DNA of 64,000 bases from Candidatus Omnitrophota bacterium (GTDB lineage: Bacteria; Omnitrophota; Gorgyraeia; Duberdicusellales; 4484-171): assembly GCA_043820815.1 (NCBI GenBank), contig JBDRDJ010000004.1:14956-78955 (forward strand), given 5' to 3'. The notes under the pieces are model-generated. The model saw only the letters and a program-made list of their open reading frames with translations, was not told the DNA's origin and searched no databases. Of this stretch, positions 44,839 through 54,399 are shown piece after piece; position 1 is the first letter of the stretch; each line of letters opens with the position of its first letter. The position numbers and the translations under genes are program-made.

Positions 44839-45219
44839 ATGGATAAATACGGAATAGACAAAGAAAAATTTAAAACAGAATTTAAAAACAGGCTTTATAA
44901 ATTTGCCCTTAAAATTATTGAATTTATTGATAAATTGCCTAGCGATAATGTTTCAAGAAGGCTTGGAGATCAATTATTGCGAAGCGGAACAAGCATATTA
45001 GGAAATTACATTGAAGGACAATCTGCAAGCAGTAAAAAATATTTTATAAATTTTTTCAACCATTCATTAAAATCAGCAAATGAAAGCAAAATATGGCTTA
45101 TGCTTTTAGGCGATAGTAAACGTGCAACTAATGAGAACGTAAGCCCTTTTTTAAGTGAATTAGATGAAATTGCAAAGATTTTTGCTTCAAGCATCCTTAC
45201 GCTTAAAGGAAAACGCTAA
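44839..45219 (+). CDS. Four-helix-bundle protein (TIGR02436; the family formerly called 23S rRNA intervening-sequence protein)
   Basis: FALKIIEFIDKLP…LGDQLLRSGTSILGNYIEGQSASSKKYFINFFNHSLKSANES matches the family pattern. Confidence 0.8.
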   Translation: MDKYGIDKEKFKTEFKNRLYKFALKIIEFIDKLPSDNVSRRLGDQLLRSGTSILGNYIEGQSASSKKYFINFFNHSLKSANESKIWLMLLGDSKRATNENVSPFLSELDEIAKIFASSILTLKGKR

Positions 45220-45270
45220 TTTTTACATTTTAATTTGTCATTTTGATTTTTGATATTTAATTTTTGATTT
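45220..45270. repeat. Right AT-rich inverted repeat of the four-helix-bundle cassette
   Basis: TTTTTACATTTTAATTTGTCATTTTGATTTTTGATATTTAATTTTTGATTT. Confidence 0.5.
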
Positions 45271-45293
45271 ATTTCAATATCAGGAGGCAAAAC

Positions 45294-46592
45294 ATGGGGA
45301 GGCGCAACCTCTTTTTATCAATCCGCAAAAGCCAAATCTCAGTCTATTTTATCGCCGCAATCGCAACCCTTATCGCAATCACCTTTATAATAATAATTGT
45401 GGGAAAAACCGCAAAAGATAAAACCCACTCCGCGAATGCCGCAGACGCCGGAGCTTTGGCTGCTGCTTCTGTTATGGCCAATGCTTTTAATTATGTTGCT
45501 GACCAGAATGATAGTGATAAAAGTAAAAGAGGCTCGATGAAAGAAGAACATAACAGAGGTGTTTCCAGTGACCAGCCATCGCAGCAACTTAAGTCAAAAT
45601 TGGCTCAGGATAAAAATTATACGGATGAAAAGATAGCTTATGGCTCTGCTGCAGGTTTTCTTTCTCCGATAGCACTTCCTCAAGACCGTATAATAATACA
45701 TGAGGGAGACGTTGCTGCACAAACCGTTTCTGATGCCGAGCGACACAGGAAAGATCATGATCAAGAAATGCAACAGAAGTTGGATGCTGTAAAGAGGGCT
45801 GTAGATGGTAACCAAGAGAACCCCGATAATTATTATAACAATGCTCTTTATATGGGTATTATGATTAATTTTCAGAATTCCGGCATTATGCACCGCTTAG
45901 GCGATAAAACTAGAGATGAATATCAAGCATTTCTCGATGAAATTAAGCCCGACAATGTCCAAAGCGGCATGCCTTATACTTTTCCCTGGGTAGACGGTTC
46001 TGCCCGATTCCATATGGTTACAGCAATTGTTGAGATAGAACCAGCCGATAATTGGAACGTAAGGATAAATAGGGACAATGAAACTAAACAGGAAGAGGAT
46101 GCGCGAAAAGCCGAAGCTGATTTTAGAAATGCTCAGCAGAAGGGTGTGGAAGCACAAAAAAATCGATTGGATGGCGTGGCAGATCCACTATATGACCCGA
46201 TATTACATACCCCGCCAGGGACGGTCAATGAAAATGAAGCGCACAGTTTCATGGATAGCGGAAAAAGAACATATGATGATTGGTTCGAAGGGCAACAAGA
46301 GGCTCAGAACCTGATAATAAGAAATAGTAGCGAAACTCAAGATTACACTGTTGCTTATGTGGAAGATATTATTCACTCACAAACCGTATACTCGGCTAAT
46401 TTTCAATTTCATATGGGAAGTCCGGTAAAAAGCATCATGTTCGGCGATATTGATGAAATAACCTTTTATCCACCTGTTCAAAGTTCTGCTGTAGCAAGTT
46501 TTAATTGTACAGGAAGAGGAGACATAAGCAGGGGTGACGCTAATGGCGATGCAGAATCAGGGTTTGAGGCATGCTTGATTGCAGCATTTTAA
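45294..46592 (+). CDS. TadG-like protein (Tad_N N-terminal domain)
   Basis: AGGAGG RBS; …SIRKS-QISVY-FIAAIATLIAITFIIIIVGKTAKDKTHSANAADAGALAAASV resembles the pilus-assembly TadG N-terminal pattern. Confidence 0.6.
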   Translation: MGRRNLFLSIRKSQISVYFIAAIATLIAITFIIIIVGKTAKDKTHSANAADAGALAAASVMANAFNYVADQNDSDKSKRGSMKEEHNRGVSSDQPSQQLKSKLAQDKNYTDEKIAYGSAAGFLSPIALPQDRIIIHEGDVAAQTVSDAERHRKDHDQEMQQKLDAVKRAVDGNQENPDNYYNNALYMGIMINFQNSGIMHRLGDKTRDEYQAFLDEIKPDNVQSGMPYTFPWVDGSARFHMVTAIVEIEPADNWNVRINRDNETKQEEDARKAEADFRNAQQKGVEAQKNRLDGVADPLYDPILHTPPGTVNENEAHSFMDSGKRTYDDWFEGQQEAQNLIIRNSSETQDYTVAYVEDIIHSQTVYSANFQFHMGSPVKSIMFGDIDEITFYPPVQSSAVASFNCTGRGDISRGDANGDAESGFEACLIAAF

Positions 46593-46730
46593 ATTAAGAT
46601 AGAAGAGCTATGAAACACAAATATATATTTTTTACGTAGCATACAAAAAATATATAAATTAGATAATTTTTATTTTATCTGTTTTATCCTTTTATTAAGA
46701 ATTTTAAAGCGATATTATTTCGGAGGTAAG

Positions 46731-47597
46731 ATGATTAAGGCAAAAAAATCATTTCTCACATTTTTCTTTTTGATTATTACGTGCCAATTTTTATTAGCGA
46801 GACCATTAGATTTACCTAAGCCCCATAGGACAGAAATGGTTAGCCAAGAAGCTAAACACTTAACTAATATGGAGGTAACAACTTATTTCTATCAATCTTA
46901 TTTATCAAAAGAAGAGATATTAGGTTTTTATCGTAAGTTTCTTGTTTCTGATGGTTGGCGTGAAACTAATTATTCCGGAAGTAATAGCCTTAAACAGAGT
47001 AGTTTTAGCTTCTCAAAAACCATCGTTAATAAAATAGTTCTCGGATTTCTATCTTCTCCCGAAAAAGGGAAAAGTTCCTATTTTATAAGTATACAAGATT
47101 CTCTCAAGATTCCTCCTTGGCCTGCTTGGATTTTTACTAAACCACGTAATCTTGACTTTATGCCAGTTTATTCTGTGGCAACGGAATTCATTTATAACAC
47201 TTATTTTTATCCTATGATTGGTGCAGCATACTTAAGTCATAGCAATACGAAAACAGTAAAAGATTTCTATTTAAATGAAATGCCTAAATTTAAATGGAAT
47301 TTAGTGGATTCTCAATCTCACGACGGCGGATACGATTTCTTTAAATGGCTTAAAATAGTTGACCCATTTACAAAGCAGATACCATTTTTGGAATCTAAAG
47401 GGTACGATGATATAATTCCACCGCTTAAAGTAGAAGGGGTAACTTTAGTATTTGAGCAACCGGAAACGAATTGCACAATTACTATATACAGATTCACAGA
47501 TATTTTACCTCTCTCAATCAAATCGGTATTTGATATGTCTTTCATGGAAACACATGGAACAACTTTAATATGCGTATATTATTTCGAAATAAAATAG
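46731..47597 (+). CDS. Secreted hypothetical protein
   Basis: GGAGG RBS, signal peptide; shares the EILGFYRKFLVSDGW motif with 47805-48248. Confidence 0.5.
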   Translation: MIKAKKSFLTFFFLIITCQFLLARPLDLPKPHRTEMVSQEAKHLTNMEVTTYFYQSYLSKEEILGFYRKFLVSDGWRETNYSGSNSLKQSSFSFSKTIVNKIVLGFLSSPEKGKSSYFISIQDSLKIPPWPAWIFTKPRNLDFMPVYSVATEFIYNTYFYPMIGAAYLSHSNTKTVKDFYLNEMPKFKWNLVDSQSHDGGYDFFKWLKIVDPFTKQIPFLESKGYDDIIPPLKVEGVTLVFEQPETNCTITIYRFTDILPLSIKSVFDMSFMETHGTTLICVYYFEIK

Positions 47598-47633
47598 ATA
47601 TATGGTTATTGAAGAAATATAATTTGAAACAAA

Positions 47634-47801
47634 ATGAAAAATATTGTAAATAAGAAATCACAAGCAGTAATAACTTATGCGGTGTTGATTGCTTTTATTG
47701 CCGCGACTTTGATTGTAATGTTCGGCTATATCCAGCGCCGGATTCAGGGCGTATATCAGCAGGCCGGAGATTCAATCGGCGAAGGCGAACTGAAGGATTA
47801 A
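47634..47801 (+). CDS. Pilin-like small protein (o), 55 aa, not in ORF track
   Basis: MKNIVNKKS-QAVITY-AVLIAFIAATLIVMFGYIQRRIQGVYQQAGDSIGEGE; shares both family motifs but has a weak RBS. Confidence 0.45.
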   Translation: MKNIVNKKSQAVITYAVLIAFIAATLIVMFGYIQRRIQGVYQQAGDSIGEGELKD

Positions 47802-47804
47802 CCT

Positions 47805-48248
47805 ATGAAAATAATACGAATCATACATTATTTTTTTACGGTATTCTTATTTATCGCCATTTGTTTAAATGTTTTTGCGCAAGCAGAACTGCAGGAGAGG
47901 TTGAAATTGCTGCCCAGAGGCACTGAGCTGGTTTTTGAAAAGCAGGATGGAGAAAAAGGCGTAGTTGAGATCATAAAGCGAAAATACTACTCTCAGGCAC
48001 AAAAGAATGAGATCCTTGAGTTTTATCGGATCATGTTTATCAATGAAGGCTTTAAAGAGTTAGAGGGATACCCTCCGATTAAGGATGAGAAGCTTAAGTT
48101 AGTGTATTCTTTTTCAAAAGGGCAAACCATGGTAATGCTAAATTTCTTACAGAATTCCGAAAGACTTGAAACAACCTATTGGTTAAGCACACATTACGTA
48201 AAATCAATACCAAAAGGGCCTTTAGAGAATAAAGAAGGTGGTGAATAA
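47805..48248 (+). CDS. Secreted hypothetical protein
   Basis: Signal peptide; EILEFYRIMFINEGF motif, paralogous to 46731-47597. Confidence 0.5.
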   Translation: MKIIRIIHYFFTVFLFIAICLNVFAQAELQERLKLLPRGTELVFEKQDGEKGVVEIIKRKYYSQAQKNEILEFYRIMFINEGFKELEGYPPIKDEKLKLVYSFSKGQTMVMLNFLQNSERLETTYWLSTHYVKSIPKGPLENKEGGE

Positions 48249-48251
48249 GCT

Positions 48252-48434
48252 ATGATGAAAAAAGCTCAAGGCGCGCTTATCGCTATGTTCGTCATTGCAT
48301 TCCTTATCGCTGTGGTCTTTACCTTAGTTGACCGCGCAAAAGGAAAATTCGCTGAATACAACGAAAAGCAGGACAAAAAGATAGCTGAAAAATCAATTGA
48401 AGCGCCCAAATTAGGCAGGTTAAACAAATATTAA
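48252..48434 (+). CDS. Small single-pass membrane protein (q), pilin-like N-terminus
   Basis: AAGGTGG RBS; MMKKA-QGALIAMFVIAFLIAVVFTLVDRAKGKFAEY; paralogue of 49498-49680. Confidence 0.5.
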   Translation: MMKKAQGALIAMFVIAFLIAVVFTLVDRAKGKFAEYNEKQDKKIAEKSIEAPKLGRLNKY

Positions 48435-48547
48435 CCCGGAAAATGCTTATGCATTTCTTAGGTTAAATAATTTTACTGTAAAGCCCGCCTTAAAGACGTT
48501 GCCGTCCCTAAAAAGGGATGGGCTTTACAAGTATCCCTTTAAGGGAT

Positions 48548-48598
48548 AAAAAACGGCTCCGCTTAAAAAGTAACCCTTTTTACGGAGCCCGTTTTTTT
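48548..48598. terminator. Long hairpin with flanking A/T runs (bidirectional terminator candidate)
   Basis: AAAAACGGCTCCG…CGGAGCCCGTTTTT followed by a T-run. Confidence 0.5.
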
Positions 48599-48610
48599 CT
48601 CCCCTCCCTA

Positions 48611-48717
48611 CTATCACTCCGCGAGTGATAGTACAGGTGAGAAGAAATAATGTTTGAAGAGAAGCTTATTTTATTATAAAATATTAAATATATGTTACTA
48701 TCACTCCGCGAGTGATA
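48611..48717 (+). repeat. Two REP-like hairpins upstream of the RAYT gene
   Basis: CTATCACT-CCGCG-AGTGATAG at 48611-48631 and CTATCACT-CCGCG-AGTGATA at 48698-48717, same orientation. Confidence 0.7.
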
Positions 48718-48759
48718 TATAGGGAGAATGTAATAAAGCGGGAAAGGAAGAGTTTCAAG

Positions 48760-49479
48760 ATGGGGATTAACTACGATACAGGAGTATATCACGTTTTTAA
48801 CAAAAGTATTGCCAGATATACAATATTTTCTCATGAGCTTGAATTTTCCCGATTTATTGAGACGGTTGATTATTATCAATTAAAAGACCCTCCATTACGG
48901 CTATCTTACTATTTAGAGCGCAATAAGCCGCTAGCTTCAGAGGCAAAAAATAGAAAAATAGTTCCCTTAGATAAAATTAGCGATAATAAACTGGTTGAAA
49001 TTATTGCTTATTGTATTATGCCCACTCATTTTCATATTCTTCTTAGAGAACTTTGTGAAGGCGCAGCGAGTGTTTTTATGAGGAGAACTCTCAATAGCTA
49101 CACCCATTATTTTAACAAAAAGAATAAGCGAAAAGGGCCTTTATGGGAAAGCAGGTTTAAGAAAGTGATGGTTGAAAGCGATGAGCAATTAGTTCATTTA
49201 ACCCGCTATATTCATTTAAATCCTGTTACTGCCTATCTTGTGGATAATCCCGCTGATTGGGAATACTCTTCATATAAGCAATATTTAGGTGAAACTTACG
49301 CAAAATGTATCGATTGCCAATTTAATAATCTTTTGGATATTACCCCGCAGTCTTATAAGGAATTTTGCCAAGATTCTATTGCTTATCAGAGAGATTTAGC
49401 TTCTATTAAGAGGTTAACTCTTGAAGGGGAAGCCATACCCATTAAGAAAACTAACAATACATTTTTATCAGTAGGTTAA
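48760..49479 (+). mobile_element. IS200/IS605-like Y1 (HUH) transposase, REP-associated tyrosine transposase (RAYT)-like
   Basis: GVYHVFNKSI, YCIMPTHFHILL (HUH), LTRYIHLNPV, SSYKQY; start taken at MGINYD. Confidence 0.7.
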
Positions 49480-49497
49480 TAAAAGAGGAGGCGATAA

Positions 49498-49680
49498 ATG
49501 AAGTTAAAAGTAAAATCACAGATGGCGCTTATTTATCTTTTTGCTATCGCTTTTGTTATAGCTTTGATTTTTACTGCGGTTGACCGCGCGCGAAAGAGTT
49601 TTTCAGAATATACCGAGAAAAAAGAAGAAAAAGATAAGTTAATGCATGACAACATGACAAATACAACCAGGAACAGGTGA
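49498..49680 (+). CDS. Small single-pass membrane protein (r), paralogue of q
   Basis: GAGGAGG RBS; MKLKVKS-QMALIYLFAIAFVIALIFTAVDRARKSFSEY. Confidence 0.5.
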   Translation: MKLKVKSQMALIYLFAIAFVIALIFTAVDRARKSFSEYTEKKEEKDKLMHDNMTNTTRNR

Positions 49681-49774
49681 TTTATTTTTCTTCGCCCAAA
49701 TACCTCTGCGGACTTGCCGCAGGGTGGTTCATTTTAATAGGCACATTCTCCGGGGCAGAGGCAGCAGAAGAAAG

Positions 49775-51763
49775 ATGGATATATTTTCCTTAGTATTCGG
49801 CGGCGGCAAGAAAAACCTGGCTCAGGCATTTTTTAAGGGCAATACATTCGAATTGCGGCCTCAGCAGGTTGATATGCTTAAAGCTGTAGATAAAGCTATA
49901 GCCAAAAACAGGCACCTTATAGTTGAAGCAGGAACCGGTGTCGGAAAAAGCATAGCTTATCTTTTACCGTTTATAAAGCGGACAATAGACAAAGACAGTA
50001 AAGTTGTTATATCCACATATACAAAGACTTTGCAGGAACAGTTAGTTAAAAAGGACCTTCCCAGGCTAAAAGAAGTCCTGGGGTTAGATTTTAAGTTTTC
50101 TTTATGTATGGGGTCGGCTAATTACATCTGCTTAAGAAGAGCCCGCCAGAACCAAATATCGGGGATATTTGAATCAGAGAAAGAAAAAGAGGATACATTG
50201 GCAATCCGGGAGTGGCTTAAGAAAACAAAAAGCGGCCTTAAGCCGGAGCTCAATTTTTCTCCTCAGGAAAGCGTATGGAATAAGGTTTGCCGGGAAAGCG
50301 ACCTCTGCATGGGCAGAAACTGCACTTTTAGAAAAGATTGTTTTTACGCAAAAGCAAAAGCAGAGGAATCTAAGGCGAATATTCTTGTTACCAATCACCA
50401 TCTTTTCTTCGCCAATGTCGCATCAGGCGGTGCAGTATTACCATCATTTCAAGCGGTTGTTTTTGATGAGGCCCATACATTAGAGCAGGTTGCGACTAAT
50501 TACTTAGGCATAGAGGTTTCAAATTTTAAAATAAAGTATTTTCTCGACACCCTGTTTAACCCGCAAACAGAAAAAGGGTTATTAAGAGGCATAAAGGGAG
50601 TGCCAAGGCGTAAAATCGGATATATTAGAAATAAACTCAATGACTTAAAAATAGCATCCGAAGATTTCTTCAATGATGCCGTCAGGAAATTCGGCCAGGA
50701 TTCAAAAACCTTACGGTTGAGAAATCCGCCGCTTGTGGCTGTTGTTTTGCAGGAGGCATTTTACAATATCGCCAAAGCTCTCGATGAAATCAAAGAGGAA
50801 GCCGAAAAGGAAGAGGATAAGATTGAGATAAAATACGCCGCATCACGGGCTTATGAATTAAGAACCGCTTTAGGCAACATCGTCTATTTAGAATTGCCCG
50901 GTTATGTTTACTGGCTGGAAATAGAAAACCGGCCGCGGGGGCTAAGGTATACTTTTGCCGCAGCCCCCATAGATATATCGCAGGAATTCAGGACAAAAGT
51001 CTTAGAAAAAACCAAGCCGGTTATACTTACCTCAGCTACGCTGTCAGTAGCAGGGAGCTTTGATTTTTTAAAGAAAAACCTCGGCTTTGATAACAATATG
51101 GATGAGTTAATTCTTGATTCGCCGTTTGATTATGCAAAAAACGTCCTTTTGTATATTCCCAAAGCTGTTTGCGACCCAACTTACGATTATGAAGAATATA
51201 GGGCTTCTTTGCTGTCTCAGATAAATGAGATCCTTCCTTTAATGCAGGGAAGGACATTTATACTATTTACCAGCTTCAAAATGATGTTTAAAATTTATCA
51301 ACAAATCAAGGAGCGCTTCCAAAACCTGAAAGTCCTGCGCCAGGGCGAAGCCCCGCGTTATAAACTCCTTGAGGTATTTAAACAGAGCAGTAACGCGGTT
51401 TTGCTGGGAACAAACACCTTTTGGCAGGGCATAGATATTCCCGGCAGGCCTTTAGAATGCGTTATTATCACCAAACTTCCCTTTGCTGTCCCTGACGATC
51501 CTGTTACAGAGGCTAAAATGGAGCTATTAGAATCAGAAGGAAAAAACCCTTTTAAACATTATCAGATACCGCAGGCGGTTATAATGCTCAGGCAGGGTTT
51601 TGGAAGGCTTATACGCACAAAAACCGACCGCGGCATGGTCGTTATTCTTGACCCCAGAATCAGAACCAGGTATTACGGAAGGGAATTCTTAAAAGCTTTG
51701 CCGCAATGCAGGCAAATTTTTTCCTTAGAATACGCAAAAGGTTTCTTTGCTTTAAGCCGCTAA
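49775..51763 (+). CDS. dinG: DinG/XPD-family ATP-dependent DNA helicase (Fe-S type)
   Basis: EAGTGVGKS, VFDEAH, Cys cluster C…C…C…C (CRESDLCMGRNCTFRKDC), TNTFWQGIDIPG, QGFGRLIR. Confidence 0.8.
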   Translation: MDIFSLVFGGGKKNLAQAFFKGNTFELRPQQVDMLKAVDKAIAKNRHLIVEAGTGVGKSIAYLLPFIKRTIDKDSKVVISTYTKTLQEQLVKKDLPRLKEVLGLDFKFSLCMGSANYICLRRARQNQISGIFESEKEKEDTLAIREWLKKTKSGLKPELNFSPQESVWNKVCRESDLCMGRNCTFRKDCFYAKAKAEESKANILVTNHHLFFANVASGGAVLPSFQAVVFDEAHTLEQVATNYLGIEVSNFKIKYFLDTLFNPQTEKGLLRGIKGVPRRKIGYIRNKLNDLKIASEDFFNDAVRKFGQDSKTLRLRNPPLVAVVLQEAFYNIAKALDEIKEEAEKEEDKIEIKYAASRAYELRTALGNIVYLELPGYVYWLEIENRPRGLRYTFAAAPIDISQEFRTKVLEKTKPVILTSATLSVAGSFDFLKKNLGFDNNMDELILDSPFDYAKNVLLYIPKAVCDPTYDYEEYRASLLSQINEILPLMQGRTFILFTSFKMMFKIYQQIKERFQNLKVLRQGEAPRYKLLEVFKQSSNAVLLGTNTFWQGIDIPGRPLECVIITKLPFAVPDDPVTEAKMELLESEGKNPFKHYQIPQAVIMLRQGFGRLIRTKTDRGMVVILDPRIRTRYYGREFLKALPQCRQIFSLEYAKGFFALSR

Positions 51764-51836
51764 CTAAAGAATGAGATGCGAAGGCAAAGGATATATAAAT
51801 ATAGCCTGTGTCAGTTTAGAGGGGCATATTAATTTT

Positions 51837-53159
51837 TTAAATGAGTTTATCCGCAATATAAGGTATTTGGCTTACCATATATAAAGGCAGGGAAAGTATT
51901 CTATCTTGCAGGGATATGTTTTCGACCGAGAGCTTTATTCCAAGCGCAGATTTCTTTTGCTCAAGAAATAAATGTAATGATTTTAACCTTCCTGATCTAC
52001 CCGCTTTTACTTCTATAGGGATAATATATTTATTTCTTGTTAAAAGGTAATCTACTTCAGCCATACTTCTTCTTTTATCCCTGGCCCAGAAAAAAAGCTG
52101 ATTATCTTGAAAGGGGTCCATGTATGCCCTTAGCTCTTGAGCCACAAATTGTTCAGCTACCGCGCCGGCATTTACCTGCATAATATCTTTGGCTTTTTGT
52201 GTTTCAGCCTGCAATCCGCATGCTTTTTGCATGAGTCCGATATCTAAAAAAGTAAGTTTAATCTTTTGCAAATTTATTTGTGAATTCAAAGGAATCCCGG
52301 ATGCCTTTGAAGCATACACAGGCCTTACTACGCGCGCCATAGATAATAACTCTATAGCGTTTCTTAAATCCCGAGATTTTACTTCCCTATCTATATTTAC
52401 AAACTTAATTCGTTGCCCGGTTAAGCGCGGTGCGGCATCAAAAACTTTTTGAAGATATTTATGGTGAGACAAATTTGCGTATTTACCGAAATCATTCCGG
52501 TATGTTTCAAGAAGGCCGGTTTGTATGCGTTGGCAATCGAAGAAATTTAAGCTTGAAACATATTCTTTAACTACTTCAGGCATGCCGCCAATGATTAGAT
52601 ATATACGGAGTAAATCCAGCAGTTTTTCATGAATAGCTATGTCAATAGGCAATATGTCCCTATGGTTTATTATGTGCTCTTTTAGATTTGTATAACCAGA
52701 TGCATCGAGAAATTCAAAGAATGACATCGGTTCCATATTGATAAAAGACACTCGGCCGACAGGAAACCTAAAATCTTCCTGTTTAAAGCTAAATTCCAGC
52801 AATGAACCAGCCCCTATTACAGGCTGTTGGGGCATTAATTCTTTAAAATATCGCAGAGATATAATAGCAGAAGGGCACTCCTGTATTTCGTCAAGAAAAA
52901 TAAGACAGTCATTAGTGATGTGGACGTTAAGGAGCAATTGAAGTTTATTGATAATATCTTGAGGTTTTAGATTTTGAAAACATTCTTTTAAGTTGGGGGT
53001 GAGTTCAAAGTTTATGGAGATTATATTTTTAAAATATTTTGTCCCAAAAGTTTCTATCGTATAGCTTTTTCCAACCTGACGAGCCCCGCGCACAAGAAGG
53101 GGGATTTTATTACCTTTATTTTTCCACTCCAATAATGCTTTTTCTATGTATCTTTTCAT
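51837..53159 (-). CDS. AAA-family ATPase (DUF4143-containing type)
   Basis: LLVRGARQVGKS Walker A, LIFLDEIQ Walker B, C-terminal EVDYLL…IPIEVK nuclease-like fold motif. Confidence 0.75.
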   Translation of the reverse strand: MKRYIEKALLEWKNKGNKIPLLVRGARQVGKSYTIETFGTKYFKNIISINFELTPNLKECFQNLKPQDIINKLQLLLNVHITNDCLIFLDEIQECPSAIISLRYFKELMPQQPVIGAGSLLEFSFKQEDFRFPVGRVSFINMEPMSFFEFLDASGYTNLKEHIINHRDILPIDIAIHEKLLDLLRIYLIIGGMPEVVKEYVSSLNFFDCQRIQTGLLETYRNDFGKYANLSHHKYLQKVFDAAPRLTGQRIKFVNIDREVKSRDLRNAIELLSMARVVRPVYASKASGIPLNSQINLQKIKLTFLDIGLMQKACGLQAETQKAKDIMQVNAGAVAEQFVAQELRAYMDPFQDNQLFFWARDKRRSMAEVDYLLTRNKYIIPIEVKAGRSGRLKSLHLFLEQKKSALGIKLSVENISLQDRILSLPLYMVSQIPYIADKLI

Positions 53160-53538
53160 ATTTATCCTTACTTTGGCTGTAATGCAGGGTTATTATAGCC
53201 AATAAATGGGCTAAAGTCAAGATAAATAACGGTAAATGATAAGAATTGGGGTTTCTTATAAATTTGCCTTCTTACTAAATCGTCAAGCGCCTACCCTACA
53301 AGGTTTCCTCTAAAGCCTTCTCACTGGGTAGAGGTGTGGGTGAAGCCGAAGAAATTATCAGGGAAGTTAAGAATGAAGTTTTGTCATGGGATGTTGAGTA
53401 ATTTTGAGAAATGCGAAGCATTTTTCTGTATCAATTTACCCTGCGGTAAGACATAGGGTAAATTGATTAAAATGCTCGACTCGCTAAAAAATAAATGATA
53501 AAATATTACTGGCTATATCTTGAAAGGAAAAAACATAT

Positions 53539-54399
53539 ATGGATGCTCCTGTACCAATTTTCTTTGCTTACGGACTGCTTCTGCTATCAATATGCATTAT
53601 CTGCTATTACGGCGTAACATTTCTTCTTAAAAGATTTGACCGCGCCCAGCAAAGCAAAGCCGAGAAAACCGCCGCCCAGTTTGAGGAGATGTTTCTTTTC
53701 TTAAGAAAAGAAGCTCTTATTGTTCTATACATATTTGTGCCTCTTCTTTTAGGCTTAGTCAGTTTTATCGCGACAAAGAAGTGGTGGGTTGCTTTAAGTT
53801 TTGCCTTGGTTGGGGCGTTTTTCCCTTTATGGCTTGTGCGTTTTCTTGAAAGAAGAAGGCAAAATAAATTTGTTATTCAGCTTGTCGATGGGCTTATGAT
53901 CATGAACAGCTGTTTAAAGGGCGGCTTGACATTAATCCAGTCTTTTGAAATCTTAGCAGAGGAAATATCCCCTCCAATGAGCCAGGAAATTATGCTGCTT
54001 AACCGTGAAATTAAAGTAGGTGTTACGCTTGAAGAGGCGCTTCTGAGGCTTAACAACAGGATGCCGTCTGAGGAGATGATACTTATTTCTTCGGCTATTC
54101 TGGTTGCGCGCGAAACAGGAGGCGACTTAACTAAAGTTTTTTCAAGGCTCATCGAGACAATTAGAGACAGGCTTAAGCTAAGGGAGTTGGTTTCAACTCT
54201 TACGCTTCAGGCGCGGCTTCAGGCAATAATAATTTCCCTTCTTGGCCCTGCGTTTTTCTTTATCGTGCGAAAAATAAAACCTGACCATTTTGATATTATG
54301 TGGAAAGATGAGCTTGGAAGGATGATTTTAGGCATCGCGCTTGTGCTTCAGATAATAGGTTTTATATTAATAATTATATTCGGAAAGGTTGAGATTTAA
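53539..54399 (+). CDS. tadB: Tad pilus inner-membrane platform protein TadB (T2SSF family)
   Basis: QLVDGLMIMNSCLKGGLTLIQSF, polytopic; adjacent to tadC. Confidence 0.8.
   Translation: MDAPVPIFFAYGLLLLSICIICYYGVTFLLKRFDRAQQSKAEKTAAQFEEMFLFLRKEALIVLYIFVPLLLGLVSFIATKKWWVALSFALVGAFFPLWLVRFLERRRQNKFVIQLVDGLMIMNSCLKGGLTLIQSFEILAEEISPPMSQEIMLLNREIKVGVTLEEALLRLNNRMPSEEMILISSAILVARETGGDLTKVFSRLIETIRDRLKLRELVSTLTLQARLQAIIISLLGPAFFFIVRKIKPDHFDIMWKDELGRMILGIALVLQIIGFILIIIFGKVEI

Noticed and set aside
44382-45293. Short AT-rich repeats (AAATCAAAAAT units) that at first glance could be a CRISPR-like array
   Set aside because: The repeats are inverted rather than direct and have irregular lengths. They flank a protein gene, there are no unique spacers of constant size, and there are no cas genes in the window.
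49775-53159. DinG-like helicase plus convergent AAA/DUF4143 ATPase as a possible defence island
   Set aside because: Both are common stand-alone genes. I saw no nuclease, methylase, toxin or other partner, and no repeats or flanking mobility marks beyond the nearby RAYT. The evidence is insufficient.
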